Shown one piece after another: positions 24,517-34,434 of a stretch of DNA of 64,000 nt. The DNA is taken from the NCBI GenBank assembly GCA_020161545.1, contig JAIUNT010000001.1:25471-89470 (forward strand). The letters are read 5' to 3'. The stretch is from Pseudomonadota bacterium. GTDB taxonomy: Bacteria > Pseudomonadota > Alphaproteobacteria > Caedimonadales > UBA1908. Each line of letters starts with the position of its first letter. Position 1 is the stretch's first letter. The notes beneath the pieces are model-generated. The model ran no database searches and was not told where the DNA came from. It saw only the letters and a program-made list of their open reading frames with translations. The position numbers and the translations under genes were made by a program.

Positions 24517-25923
24517 TCAGCTCAAGGCAATCTGCTCCATGAAGGCCGCCATATCTTTTTCTTTCGCACGGCTCTCCAGAAGGGCGTGGGCGGGCACACG
24601 TCCCGTGCGGGCAACGTCCTCCAAGGGCAAAAGATATGCAGCCGCCTCTTCCTCCCCCAAACGCCCAAGGCCTTTTTTTGCCATGGGCAAAATGTCGCGG
24701 GCAATTTCTTGTAATGTCGCCTTGCCGATGCGGCTTGCGAGACCTTCCACTGGCACACTTTCTTGGGTCGCCATGATATCGGCAACGTCCCAGGACATCA
24801 CCAGGTCATGGGCCGCCTGAAGGGCCTCTTCGTCATAGAGAAGCCCCGCCCACAGGGCAGCCAATTGACACACCTGGGGAAAGGGCGCACTGTCGGCGCC
24901 GCGCAACTCCAGGACGTTTTTGAGGCGCACTTCAGGAAAAAGCGTCGTCAGGTGATCTAGCCAATCCTGCATGAGGGGTTTTTCTCCGGGCAGCTCCGGC
25001 AGATTTCCAGCGAGAAAATCCCGGAACGATCGCCCCGCCACATTGATATAGGCCCCCCGACGCTTCACAAAATACATAGGCACCGACAGGGCGTAGTCTG
25101 CGTAACGCTCAAACCCCATATTGTCCTCAAACACAAAGGCGAGGAGCCCACACCGATCAGGATCTGTGTGATTCCAGATATGCCGGCGGTAGCTTAAGTA
25201 ATGGGTCTTTTCCCCCTTCACCAGGGGCGAGTTTGCAAAAAGCGCGGTCGCCAGGGGTTGCAGCGCCATGGCCACACGCATTTTGCGCACCATGTCTGCC
25301 TCGCTGGCGTAATCCAGGTTGATCTGGGTGGTGCAGGTGCCTGTCATCATTTCCTGCCCCAGCGTACCCTTCTTAAGCATATAGGGCGCCATGACCTTAT
25401 AGCGCGCCTTGGGCATCCAAAAACGTTCCTCCAGGCTTGTGACTGGATCATACCCCATGGACACGGCTTTAAGCCCCAACGCCTCGCACGACGCCACCAA
25501 ACGCCTTTGATAGGCCTCAAAAAGGGCCGCAACCTCCGCAATACGCGCAAGTGGCGGCGCAGAAAATTCAAACTGCCCCCCGGGCTCCAGGGTCAAAGCG
25601 CCCGCTGGCAGGTCAAGACCGATGATTTCCTCGCCTTCTTTGATAAAGGTGCCTTGGGTTTTTTGAAACAGCGCCAGCAGAGATTGAATTTCTTTGGCCG
25701 TGGCGCGCCTTGAAAAATCACCTGCAAAAATAAGGGATTCAAATTCCATCCCCATGCGCCAACGCTCCCGTGGCTTGCACGCGTTTATAAAAGGGCTTAA
25801 TAAATCAAGGGGCTGCTCGAGGGGTTGAATGGGTTTTCTCCTTACTGGATAGAAGACTTTTGTGACACGCAGGGTACCACCAGTTCCCCCCTCACAAAAC
25901 CATTTTAGCATTTTTCTTGGCAA
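24517..25923 (-). CDS. gshA: glutamate--cysteine ligase, plant/alphaproteobacterial type (GCS2)
   Basis: MMTGTCTTQINLDYASEADMVRKMRVAMALQPLATALFANSPL..G....YLSYRRHIWNHTDPDRCG matches the conserved core of plant-type GCL. The exact start is uncertain (ATG 25923 or 25911). Confidence 0.88.
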   Translation of the reverse strand: MPRKMLKWFCEGGTGGTLRVTKVFYPVRRKPIQPLEQPLDLLSPFINACKPRERWRMGMEFESLIFAGDFSRRATAKEIQSLLALFQKTQGTFIKEGEEIIGLDLPAGALTLEPGGQFEFSAPPLARIAEVAALFEAYQRRLVASCEALGLKAVSMGYDPVTSLEERFWMPKARYKVMAPYMLKKGTLGQEMMTGTCTTQINLDYASEADMVRKMRVAMALQPLATALFANSPLVKGEKTHYLSYRRHIWNHTDPDRCGLLAFVFEDNMGFERYADYALSVPMYFVKRRGAYINVAGRSFRDFLAGNLPELPGEKPLMQDWLDHLTTLFPEVRLKNVLELRGADSAPFPQVCQLAALWAGLLYDEEALQAAHDLVMSWDVADIMATQESVPVEGLASRIGKATLQEIARDILPMAKKGLGRLGEEEAAAYLLPLEDVARTGRVPAHALLESRAKEKDMAAFMEQIALS

Positions 25924-25988
25924 ACGCTCTCTTTTTAGGTAAAGATGTGCAAGGTTGATGATATAGACGTTTAAGAAAGTGAAGTACT

Positions 25989-26174
25989 ATGGCCGTTCCT
26001 AAGAGAAAAACCACCCCGTCTCGCCGGGGTATGCGCCGCGCCCACGACCGTCTGACGATTGTGCGTGCGGGTGAGTGTAACAACTGTGGCGAAGCAAAGC
26101 TTCCACACCACCTATGTGGCCACTGCGGCTACTACAAGGGACGTGACGTCCTGCAAAAGGCTCCAACTGCTTAA
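25989..26174 (+). CDS. rpmF: 50S ribosomal protein L32
   Basis: 61 aa with [20 protein letters not shown] and a CxxC...CxxC zinc ribbon. It precedes plsX in the classic arrangement. Confidence 0.95.
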   Translation: MAVPKRKTTPSRRGMRRAHDRLTIVRAGECNNCGEAKLPHHLCGHCGYYKGRDVLQKAPTA

Positions 26175-26197
26175 CCTGACATAAGAAGGGTTGCATT

Positions 26198-27214
26198 TTG
26201 AGCATCACCATTGCTGTTGATATCTTGGGGGGCGATCATGCCCCCCTTGTTCCCTTGGAAGGCGTGGCATCAACACACGATACCTTCCAAGATGTGTCTT
26301 TTCTCCTGTTTGGCCCCCAAGAGATCATCCAGGATTTCCTCGACAAAAAACCTCACCTCAAAGACAGATGCCACGTCGTTGACGCTCCCGAGCATGTCAC
26401 CAATGACACACCCGCGCGCGACGCCGTAAGAGGCCTGAAAAACTCCAGCATGCGCCTGGCCATTGAGGCTGTGCGTGATGGAAAGGCCCAGGGCGTTGTC
26501 TCGGGGGGCAACACGGGCGCCTACATGGCCCTGTCCAAGATTATCCTCAAGACCCTTGAGGGCATCGACAGACCCGCCATCACTGGCACTTTGCCAAGCC
26601 TCAAGGGCGCCATTGTGATGCTCGATCTGGGCGCCAACGTGGAGGCCACAGCCGAGCAACTCTGTCAGTTTGCCCAAATGGGTGAAGCGTTCTCGCGCCA
26701 TGTTCTGGGGCATCAAAACCCTTCCGTTGGCCTTTTGAACATTGGCTCTGAGGAGCTCAAAGGACATGCGGACCTCAAGGAGGCCTACGACATTATTAAG
26801 GCCACAAAAGCTGTTGCCAACTTCCACGGGTATGTGGAAGGGGATGACATCATGCACGGGACAACGGACGTGGTGGTGACCGACGGCTTTACAGGCAATG
26901 TGTCCCTCAAAACCATGGAGGGTGCTGTCCATTTTCTGGTGGGTGTCTTCAAGGAAGAGCTTTCCCGCAAACTGCGCTTCAAAGTCGGCGCGCTCCTGGC
27001 CAAGGACGCCCTCACGGCCTTTAAGCAACAACTAGACCCCAGGCACCACAACGGCGCGCCATTTTTGGGCCTGAAAGGTGTGGCTGTCAAAAGCCACGGC
27101 GGTATGGACGAAGTTGGCTTTTCCAACGCCCTTGGCGTGGCCATCAACATGGTATCGCGCGATCTCAATAGCCATATCCTGGAAGAGGTGCGCCGCATCC
27201 AGGGGTTTGAATAA
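26198..27214 (+). CDS. plsX: phosphate acyltransferase PlsX
   Basis: 338 aa with ITIAVDILGGDHAP, GNTGAYMA and TDGFTGNV. The start is TTG. The rpmF-plsX-fabH synteny is present. Confidence 0.93.
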   Translation: MSITIAVDILGGDHAPLVPLEGVASTHDTFQDVSFLLFGPQEIIQDFLDKKPHLKDRCHVVDAPEHVTNDTPARDAVRGLKNSSMRLAIEAVRDGKAQGVVSGGNTGAYMALSKIILKTLEGIDRPAITGTLPSLKGAIVMLDLGANVEATAEQLCQFAQMGEAFSRHVLGHQNPSVGLLNIGSEELKGHADLKEAYDIIKATKAVANFHGYVEGDDIMHGTTDVVVTDGFTGNVSLKTMEGAVHFLVGVFKEELSRKLRFKVGALLAKDALTAFKQQLDPRHHNGAPFLGLKGVAVKSHGGMDEVGFSNALGVAINMVSRDLNSHILEEVRRIQGFE

Positions 27215-27284
27215 AAATGGCGCCCTTTGCAAGGGGGCGCGCCTACCTTAAACTAAGACAACCGTTAGCCATAAGGATTTAATC

Positions 27285-28274
27285 ATGATCATGTCACCCT
27301 ACGCTCTGTCTCACCGCTCTGTGATTGTGGGATGCGGACATTATCTGCCTCAAAATGTTGTCACAAATGAGGAGCTCTCCAAAACCGTGGACACCACCCA
27401 TGAGTGGATTGTTGAGCGCACAGGTATTCACCAGCGCCACTTTGCAGCCCATGGCGAGCTCACCTCAGACATGGCCTTTGACGCGGCCAAAAAGGCCCTC
27501 AAGATGGCGGGCATCGACGGACAAGATCTTGATCTGATCGTGCTGGCCACCACCACCCCAGATCTGACATTCCCCTCCACCGCCACAAAGGTGCAGGCGA
27601 TGCTAGGCAACACAAAGGGCCTTGCCTTTGATGTGTCCGCCGTGTGCGCAGGTTATCTTGTGGCCTTAAATGTGGCGGACAATTTCATTCGCCTTGGGCA
27701 AGCAAAGACGGCCCTTGTCATCGGTGCAGAGCGTCTTTCCAGCCTTCTTGATATGCAGGACCGTTCCACGTGCGTGCTCTTTGGCGACGGCGCGGGCGCG
27801 ACTGTCCTTAAGGCCTTTGACGCTCAAGAAACAGACCGCGGCATTATCGGCATTCATATGCAGTCCGACGGAAACTACCGCCACATTTTGTGCACTGACG
27901 GGGGTGTGGCCTCCACAGGCACACCTGGCAAGGTGTTCATGGAGGGGCGCGAGGTCTTCCGTCACGCCGTGACAAAGCTTGCGGACTCGGCGGACGCGAC
28001 TTTAACCCATTATCAGGTAGACCCCAAGGATCTCGACTGGCTTATCCCTCACCAAGCAAATATTCGCATCATCGAGGGCATGGCGAAAAAGCTTCACATG
28101 TCCATGGATAAGGTCATCACGACCGTTCACAAGCACGCCAACACGTCCGCTGCCTCCATTCCCTTGGCACTCTCCTGTGCCCTGGAGGAAGGCCGCATTA
28201 AGGAAGGCGATCTCATTCTCCATGAGGCCATCGGCGGAGGACTTGTGTGGGGCTCGGCCCTCTTAAGGTTCTAG
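27285..28274 (+). CDS. fabH: 3-oxoacyl-ACP synthase III (FabH)
   Basis: 329 aa with active-site Cys in DVSAVCAGY, plus IPHQANIRI and GGGLVWG. Alternative ATG at 27291. Confidence 0.93.
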   Translation: MIMSPYALSHRSVIVGCGHYLPQNVVTNEELSKTVDTTHEWIVERTGIHQRHFAAHGELTSDMAFDAAKKALKMAGIDGQDLDLIVLATTTPDLTFPSTATKVQAMLGNTKGLAFDVSAVCAGYLVALNVADNFIRLGQAKTALVIGAERLSSLLDMQDRSTCVLFGDGAGATVLKAFDAQETDRGIIGIHMQSDGNYRHILCTDGGVASTGTPGKVFMEGREVFRHAVTKLADSADATLTHYQVDPKDLDWLIPHQANIRIIEGMAKKLHMSMDKVITTVHKHANTSAASIPLALSCALEEGRIKEGDLILHEAIGGGLVWGSALLRF

Positions 28275-28278
28275 TCCC

Positions 28279-28617
28279 ATGACCTTCGTTGTCACAGACG
28301 CCTGTGTGCGCTGTAAATACATGGACTGTGTGGAGGTGTGCCCCGTGGACTGCTTCCACGAAGGCGAAAATATGCTGGTCATTGATCCCCTCACCTGCAT
28401 CGATTGTGGGGTGTGCGAGATCGAATGTCCCGTCGACGCCATCCAGGCAGACACCGTCGAAGGGTCTGAGAAATGGGTGGAAATCAACCACCGCCTCTCC
28501 CGCACCTGGCCCGTCATTCGCCTCAAAGGCACCCCACCCCCAGACGCCGACGACTGGAAGGGGGTCCCGGATAAATTCGAACGCTATGGCAGCGACACGC
28601 CTGGCAAGGGGTCGTAG
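28279..28617 (+). CDS. fdxA: ferredoxin FdxA ([3Fe-4S][4Fe-4S] 7Fe type)
   Basis: 112 aa with [18 protein letters not shown] and [12 protein letters not shown] cluster motifs. Confidence 0.92.
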   Translation: MTFVVTDACVRCKYMDCVEVCPVDCFHEGENMLVIDPLTCIDCGVCEIECPVDAIQADTVEGSEKWVEINHRLSRTWPVIRLKGTPPPDADDWKGVPDKFERYGSDTPGKGS

Positions 28618-30146
28618 GAACACAGCCTGGGTACGCTTAGCCCACTGGCCCCCCCTCTTGCCGCCGCATGGACCATGCCTTGATAGACAGCCATGGCACG
28701 AAAGCAGGCTTTCAGCAGAAAGACTGTGATGCCACACATGAAAATCAATACAAGCAGGCGGGTGTGCCAAGTCAAGGTATTTTGGTACCACGCCGACAAC
28801 TCAATGCTGCTTAACGTGTTCTTTTGGAGAAAGAAAAAGATGATGGGAAAGCAACTCAGCAGTGCCAGACCACTAAAATGTGCCCGCTTATACTCTTCGT
28901 GAACGCCTTCTTTCAAAAAGCCGTTTGTGCCTCTTTGATATAAACTAGGTACAAACCAAGACACAATTTGGGCCAGCAAAACAATCATATACAACATCCT
29001 CCACCAACAATCTTCAAAAAAACCGATTTTTTCTAAAAAGAGGACGAAAAGTAAACTGCCAAGGAATCTGATAATTAACGCGGGGGCTATGCGCTGAATG
29101 GCTTGCCCTTTCGCACCTATACGACTCACAAAACAATAGACATAGCTCACAATTGTAACTAAGAAAAAATTTAAATCGCTTTTTGGCACATTAAGGCTCT
29201 CACAGAAAAAATGCGTCTCTTTACATACAAACGCGAGAGACTGTCCTATGAAAGTGACCAAAACCATTATCCCAACATCACACAAATACTTATAAATCCC
29301 CCGCTTAGTGCCCAGCACATAAACGGTCTTTACAAAACCAATCTTCATGGCTCTTGGTGTTTTAACAACCAAAGAAAAGCGCTCTCTCGACATTTCTCTC
29401 CCCTGTGGCCTGAGGGTGAGATTTTTTACGGCCCTTGCCCAATAACTACTTTGAAACAATACGCTCACCGCTAAAAGAAGATGAAAGACGTACAAAACCC
29501 ATGAATGTTCTAAGATTTGGGGAAAGAGGTTACCAAGGGTGACCGGAACTGCGCCGATATAGAGCGGAAAAAAATTGCTATCAGGTCGTCTGTGAAACTT
29601 TCCCTCTAAACCGTCAATTTTCAGCACGATCAGACATGTACAATAAAGCGCAAATGCTGGCACAAAAAACTCAAGCACATGGATCCATACATCTGCGTTA
29701 TGAAAGGCAAACACGAGCGAGACTAAAAGGGCATACAGCGCAGTGCATCCAACAGCAATCTGCCAAGGCATTAGGCAGTATTTAGCGTAAGACCCAAGGG
29801 GCTCGCCATAAACTGCACTGTGAAGGTAGGCTCGCACCATGGGCACAAATGACATCATAAAAAGAAACAGTGTCCCATGCCAAAGCTCATGACCCCCTAT
29901 CAGGGAGAGAGTCACCTCCCAAAAAAACAAGACACTCGTGAGAGCGCCCAAAAGTAAGGGCGCGAGCAGAAGGCACACTTTTCCCCAAGAAAAAGGGTAA
30001 ACCCACGAAAAGCTCATGGTAAGGCTGTCAAGGGCAATCTCACGGTCTGGACGCGGATCCGTCTGGGAAAGGGCAACGATTTTTGGCATAAAGAGAGACT
30101 TCAAATTGCTTGTTATTTTTGTTTTGATCATTCTTAAAGAGGTCAT
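28584..30146 (-). CDS. polytopic inner-membrane protein of unknown function
   Basis: 520 aa uninterrupted ORF with about a dozen hydrophobic segments by eye. The region is visibly A/T-rich. The 3' end overlaps the fdxA 3' end by 34 nt. No family recognised. Confidence 0.65.
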   Translation of the reverse strand: MTSLRMIKTKITSNLKSLFMPKIVALSQTDPRPDREIALDSLTMSFSWVYPFSWGKVCLLLAPLLLGALTSVLFFWEVTLSLIGGHELWHGTLFLFMMSFVPMVRAYLHSAVYGEPLGSYAKYCLMPWQIAVGCTALYALLVSLVFAFHNADVWIHVLEFFVPAFALYCTCLIVLKIDGLEGKFHRRPDSNFFPLYIGAVPVTLGNLFPQILEHSWVLYVFHLLLAVSVLFQSSYWARAVKNLTLRPQGREMSRERFSLVVKTPRAMKIGFVKTVYVLGTKRGIYKYLCDVGIMVLVTFIGQSLAFVCKETHFFCESLNVPKSDLNFFLVTIVSYVYCFVSRIGAKGQAIQRIAPALIIRFLGSLLFVLFLEKIGFFEDCWWRMLYMIVLLAQIVSWFVPSLYQRGTNGFLKEGVHEEYKRAHFSGLALLSCFPIIFFFLQKNTLSSIELSAWYQNTLTWHTRLLVLIFMCGITVFLLKACFRAMAVYQGMVHAAARGGASGLSVPRLCSYDPLPGVSLP

Positions 30147-30368
30147 AACATCTCCTTGTTTTCATTAAAAACATCCATGCGCGAGGCACAGCCTTGCGCA
30201 ACATCTTCACCTTGTTTGTTTTATTTCCTCCCAGCAGGGGCGCGCGGGATAAAATCCCTATGCCCCTAACCCGATCATGCGCAAAAATATAAAAATGTAA
30301 ATAAAAATTTTGTAACTTTACATAAAGTCAAATATCAAGACACAAAAAAACGCAAAAATTACAATTAA

Positions 30369-30432
30369 TCGCTGAATCACCAAAAATCATAAAAATTGCG
30401 AAAACACGTTGAATCAACAAAAATCGTTATAC
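30369..30432. repeat. two ~27-nt direct repeats in an A-tract-rich divergent control region
   Basis: The core CGCTGAATCACCAAAAATC (30370-30388) matches CGTTGAATCAACAAAAATC (30407-30425) at 17 of 19 positions, with a 37-nt period. The repeats lie between divergent genes 28584-30146 (-) and 30561-32111 (+). Confidence 0.55.
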
Positions 30433-30560
30433 TCTTCTAAAATTTCCTCACCACCACCTCGCAGACCTGTGCTGCCTTTTTGCCATTTTGGCGGTGAGTG
30501 TTAGGACTTTTCTAACTATTTTGCGTTCATGATTGGGGGAAACAAGGGGGAGTCGTTTAC

Positions 30561-32111
30561 ATGAAAAGTCTTTATTTTCTCATGGTGTTTCTCGGCGCCA
30601 CACAGCTCCAGGCATCGGCCCAAGAGGTTGTTGACGTCCAAGAGCAACAAGGCGTTCCGCAAGTGCAAGCGCTCCCCCTTACCAGTATGCCTGCCATTCA
30701 CCGTGGTTTTGTGCGTGAAGAGGGGGATACCTTCACTTTTCATGTCATGGCAAAGGCCCCAACAAAAAGGGATTGTTATGGGGTGGCAAGCCTCAAAAAC
30801 GTTGCAAATGACCAGGAACTTATTAAGATTTTTGAGATGCCAAGGGCTGATTTGCGTATCGGACGCACCTCTTTTGCGGGCCTTGATCACAGCAGCAATT
30901 ATCAGCTGAAAATCGGGTATGCGCGTGGCGCACCTCCCACCAGCATTGAAGGGTGGGGAAATGTTCTTAGCGCAAATGATATTCAAATCAACTGGGGCAC
31001 CATTGCTGATCGTCCTATTACCACCCCGCCGGCCGTGGCAAGTAATGTGGCCAGTTTTGTGTTTGGATCCTGCAACCGTTTTGTAAAAATTGGCTCCATG
31101 ACCTTTATGGTGGGTAAGGGCTCACGCATGTTCCAAGCCATGGCCGATGACATTGCCCAGTACGCGGCGGTGGGTTTTGCAACGGACGCAGTCGTGACAC
31201 TGGGCGACTGGGTTTATAACGATCCCCTCATTTGGGGCATTGGAGAGAAAAAGACCTTTGAAGAGATCGCGAGCCTCTACGACCTGACCAACACAACCAC
31301 GGGCGCCAAGGCCCTCCTTCAAAGTGGTCCGCCTCTTTACCAGGTATGGGACGATCACGAGCGCTATAATGATGTCACGGGAGAAATCCCCGACCGCAAG
31401 CGCGCCCAGGCAGATGCCGGAAAAAGGGCCTACGACCTTTACCAGCGCCCCCAGGGCGCGGCCACACCCCACAACTGGTACCATATTGATGGGAATATTG
31501 ACGGCTTTGTCATGGACCTGCGCTCGGAGCTTTTGCCCTCCCAATCCTTAGCCGTCAGCCAAGATCAATTTGACGCACTGGAAGCGTATCTCCTTGACCC
31601 CGTGCGCGCAGACCGCCTAAAGCCCGTTTTCATGTCGACAACGGCCCTGTGTCTTCAAGGAGACGCGTGGAGTGCGTCAAGAGCGCAGCTCAGGCGTCTC
31701 ATGGAAATCATACGGGACAATAATATCCGCGGCGTTGTCATTTGCGCGGGAGACATCCACGTGGGTGTGTCAGGTATTTGGCAATTTGGAGACGACAATC
31801 ACGGCCCCCACGTCCTTGAGGTGGCCTCCTCCGCCTTCCATAAGATCAGCCATAACAAGGACGCGCTGCTGCGCCCCAGAGCAGACCTAGGTGATGGCCT
31901 TGTCCTCAATGCCGTGGGAGGATTGTCCCACACCACCACGGAAGATAACTATACGCGCATGATCCTAAACCACGCTGACATGAGCGTGCGCATCATCAGG
32001 AAGGACCCTCATGACAACCTTCTTGAGGATCTTGTGTGCAACATGGAAACCGGCACCCTTCAAGACACAGATGGCTCAAATGCCTTGTATCGGCGCTCAC
32101 CCGCCGACTAG
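30561..32111 (+). CDS. secreted PhoD-like phosphodiesterase/alkaline phosphatase (metallophosphatase)
   Basis: Signal peptide MKSLYFLMVFLGATQLQASA. PhoD-type metal-binding motifs are FVFGSCNRF, TLGDWVYND, YQVWDDHE and ICAGDIHVG. Confidence 0.75.
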   Translation: MKSLYFLMVFLGATQLQASAQEVVDVQEQQGVPQVQALPLTSMPAIHRGFVREEGDTFTFHVMAKAPTKRDCYGVASLKNVANDQELIKIFEMPRADLRIGRTSFAGLDHSSNYQLKIGYARGAPPTSIEGWGNVLSANDIQINWGTIADRPITTPPAVASNVASFVFGSCNRFVKIGSMTFMVGKGSRMFQAMADDIAQYAAVGFATDAVVTLGDWVYNDPLIWGIGEKKTFEEIASLYDLTNTTTGAKALLQSGPPLYQVWDDHERYNDVTGEIPDRKRAQADAGKRAYDLYQRPQGAATPHNWYHIDGNIDGFVMDLRSELLPSQSLAVSQDQFDALEAYLLDPVRADRLKPVFMSTTALCLQGDAWSASRAQLRRLMEIIRDNNIRGVVICAGDIHVGVSGIWQFGDDNHGPHVLEVASSAFHKISHNKDALLRPRADLGDGLVLNAVGGLSHTTTEDNYTRMILNHADMSVRIIRKDPHDNLLEDLVCNMETGTLQDTDGSNALYRRSPAD

Positions 32112-32166
32112 GCGCAACACGTTGCCACGACCCAGGCATACGTGCAGGGTGACGTCCAAGCGCCAC

Positions 32167-32607
32167 CTAATACACGTTGAATTTCTTTTTTTTCTCAATG
32201 AGATAAATGACGTCACCCTCTTTATGGAGCCAGTACTTTCCGTCCAAGGAAGTCGACAGGTTATGCCCCATGGTGTCCACGCTCTTGATCTCAACCTCCG
32301 TCGCCCAGGTGAAGGTGGCTCCTTTTTCCAAAAAGGCCGGCTTTAGCTGGGCGATGATCGTGCGCGCAACCTGGGGAGAGACGGGCTTATCAAAAATGAC
32401 ACTAAACTCGTAAGTGTCGCCATTCTCATCAAACTTGCCGCGCATGTCGTGGTAGAGACCCCACAGCCTTTGAGCAAAATCTGGCGCAATCTTAACGTCT
32501 TTTTCCTCAAGGAAGTGAGAGGGCGCAGGCGTCGATGCCATAAGCGGACCCCACACACACATGCCCAACGCCACACACATCATTCTCAGGAGTATCTTTG
32601 CTTTCAT
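32167..32607 (-). CDS. small secreted hypothetical protein
   Basis: The start is set at ATG 32607, with a GGGAG-containing RBS (AGGGAGAAAAAC) immediately upstream. This gives signal peptide MKAKILLRMMCVALGMCVWGPLMAS. No family recognised. Confidence 0.6.
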   Translation of the reverse strand: MKAKILLRMMCVALGMCVWGPLMASTPAPSHFLEEKDVKIAPDFAQRLWGLYHDMRGKFDENGDTYEFSVIFDKPVSPQVARTIIAQLKPAFLEKGATFTWATEVEIKSVDTMGHNLSTSLDGKYWLHKEGDVIYLIEKKKKFNVY

Positions 32608-32790
32608 TGTTTTTCTCCCTCTCAAAAAGCGAACAATTCCACCCTATCATTACACAGTTCACAGACCCATGAAACGCAATAAAAAAAGACAGATCTCACT
32701 TTTTGCCATGCTTGCAAGATCATGCATCTTAACGGTTCTTTTATTTTTTTATGACATAATGAACGTGTATGGGTTGCAGGAGACAAAGAC

Positions 32791-33054
32791 ATGAAAAATA
32801 CCCTCATCAAACCCCGCGAATTCAAGCTCACCACCGCCGAGATCCTCTACCACATGCCCGATTATCCCAGCCTGATCCAGAGCTATATTTGGCAGGAGCT
32901 TGACGCCACACCGGATTTTCCTGAGCTCATGCGCTTTCTCGCCTTTTGGTCCAAGAACTTGGAGGGCCCCATCCACAAGGTCACCATTACCCATGTAGAT
33001 CCCGTGGAGGAGCCCCGCCTTCATTATACGACGCGCTCCTTTGAAATCCACTAG
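32791..33054 (+). CDS. usg: Usg family protein
   Basis: 87 aa. LTTAEILYHMPDYPSLIQSYIWQELDATPDFPELMRFLAFWSKNLEGPIHKV matches my recollection of the alphaproteobacterial Usg-like family. Confidence 0.8.
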   Translation: MKNTLIKPREFKLTTAEILYHMPDYPSLIQSYIWQELDATPDFPELMRFLAFWSKNLEGPIHKVTITHVDPVEEPRLHYTTRSFEIH

Positions 33055-33056
33055 TC

Positions 33057-33090
33057 CACTAGAGTGCTTGGCGCTCAGCGCACTCTAGTG
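33057..33090. terminator. hairpin between convergent genes (possible bidirectional terminator)
   Basis: A perfect 11-bp inverted repeat, CACTAGAGTGC (33057-33067) and GCACTCTAGTG (33080-33090), has a 12-nt loop. It starts 3 nt after the usg stop and overlaps the stop of the minus-strand gene. No U-tract is present, so intrinsic termination is unproven. Confidence 0.4.
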
Positions 33091-34263
33091 CCAGAAAACA
33101 CTTAAGTGGTCACACTGAAAGGCAAAGAGCTTTTCTGGTGCACTCAGCTGTACCTCTATCTCCTGGGCCCTGACTTTGAGACGATCGACGAAAAGCCCGT
33201 TTTCTGACGCAACACGCGGCGTAGCCAAAACACTAGCTGCGTACTTGAGCGCTTGTACGTCTTTTCCCGCATAGGTGTAAGCCAAGGCCGCTTTATACGC
33301 GAGGTAAGCCCGCAAGACATCTCCCTGCGCCTTATTACCCTCGACCTTATAAATGCGAGCAAGGGCAAGGGCATTCTCTTTTTGTAAGGCGTGGTACTCG
33401 TCACGGTCCGCAGCAAACAGAGCGGGCATTCTTTCAAGCCCTTGCACCAAGTTCACAATCTGTGCGTGGTAGTATTTTCTTTGGGCGGGCGTTGGGGTGC
33501 CGTCAAGGCCTTGTTTATAAAGATCAATGGCTTCGAGCCGGTTGTTGTATATGCTGTGTGAAACGGACCCTTCTGCATCTTCACCAGCGAGGATCTTGCC
33601 CCCGTAGGCGACGGCCAGCTGAGCGCACACTTGTGCCTGGGGGATGCAGTCTTCATGGAAGAAGGTGCCAAAGGGGGGAAGCGCCATGTCGCTCGTGGAT
33701 TTCATGGACTTTGTTGCCTCCTTTAAGTCCTCTAAAAGGGAAATGAGGTGTGGCACAGCAACCAACTTTTGGTGAAGATCATAGCCGGGCTCGCTCAGCT
33801 CGACATTCAGGCGGAAAAGGCCGTAATGGGCAACACTGACCTTTTCCCTCGGATCTTGCACTTGTTGGGTGCGTTTGTGACACAGGTCTGCCAGTGCCAA
33901 AGCCTCGTTGCAGGTCCACACGGTCTTAAGCGCTTCGCACAGATAGAGGATACGTGATGAGAGGTCACTGTCTTCTTGGGCGGCAAGGCCGAGATAAGTC
34001 GTTCTTAACTTTGCTTTTTCCTTGCCCCACTGCGGCGCGCGTGCCTTTTGCTGAGCCAACTCCATAAGTGTGGCTTTTGTCGCCTCGTCTTTGCCTTCTT
34101 GGAGACGATCAAAAAAATGCTCAGATGCAAAGCCATAGGCCGTGTAATACCTTAATTCATCGTCACACGCCGACGACCCACTCGCACCAAGATTTGCACA
34201 TGAAAACAAAAGGGCCGCGAGTCCAAGCATTAAAGTATTCAGTTGATTTTTTTGCATTTTCAT
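33085..34263 (-). CDS. secreted, possibly lipidated, helical-repeat (TPR-like) hypothetical protein
   Basis: The start is set at ATG 34263, giving MKMQKNQLNTLMLGLAALLFSCANLG, a signal peptide with a lipobox-like LFSC. The C-terminal AYLAYKAALAYTYAGKDVQALKYA resembles TPR-like helices. Confidence 0.6.
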   Translation of the reverse strand: MKMQKNQLNTLMLGLAALLFSCANLGASGSSACDDELRYYTAYGFASEHFFDRLQEGKDEATKATLMELAQQKARAPQWGKEKAKLRTTYLGLAAQEDSDLSSRILYLCEALKTVWTCNEALALADLCHKRTQQVQDPREKVSVAHYGLFRLNVELSEPGYDLHQKLVAVPHLISLLEDLKEATKSMKSTSDMALPPFGTFFHEDCIPQAQVCAQLAVAYGGKILAGEDAEGSVSHSIYNNRLEAIDLYKQGLDGTPTPAQRKYYHAQIVNLVQGLERMPALFAADRDEYHALQKENALALARIYKVEGNKAQGDVLRAYLAYKAALAYTYAGKDVQALKYAASVLATPRVASENGLFVDRLKVRAQEIEVQLSAPEKLFAFQCDHLSVFWH

Positions 34264-34434
34264 TTTCTTCCTGCCTTGCCAATACGCAAAGCACTCTAGC
34301 CACCCATACCCATTCTGTCCAGGTGGCAACTTGACGTTCGCGCGTTTCATTCTAAGGTCGTCAAGACTTGTTGCGGATGTACGTCAGATTGTTATGATAA
34401 CCCCAACGTCATTGCCAAACGCGAGGCCCCCCTT

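Noticed and set aside
30281-30432. A possible CRISPR or other array among the repeated AAAAAT-containing units.
   Set aside because: There are only two imperfect 27-nt repeats with a 10-nt spacer-like gap. There are no cas genes and no regular repeat-spacer periodicity.
30561-30650. The shared ASAQEVV signal-peptide end of the PhoD-like protein and family 3, considered as evidence of a recombined signal-peptide cassette.
   Set aside because: Nucleotide similarity is limited to about 8-10 nt (CAAGAGGT). An A-x-A-Q-E cleavage context can arise convergently.
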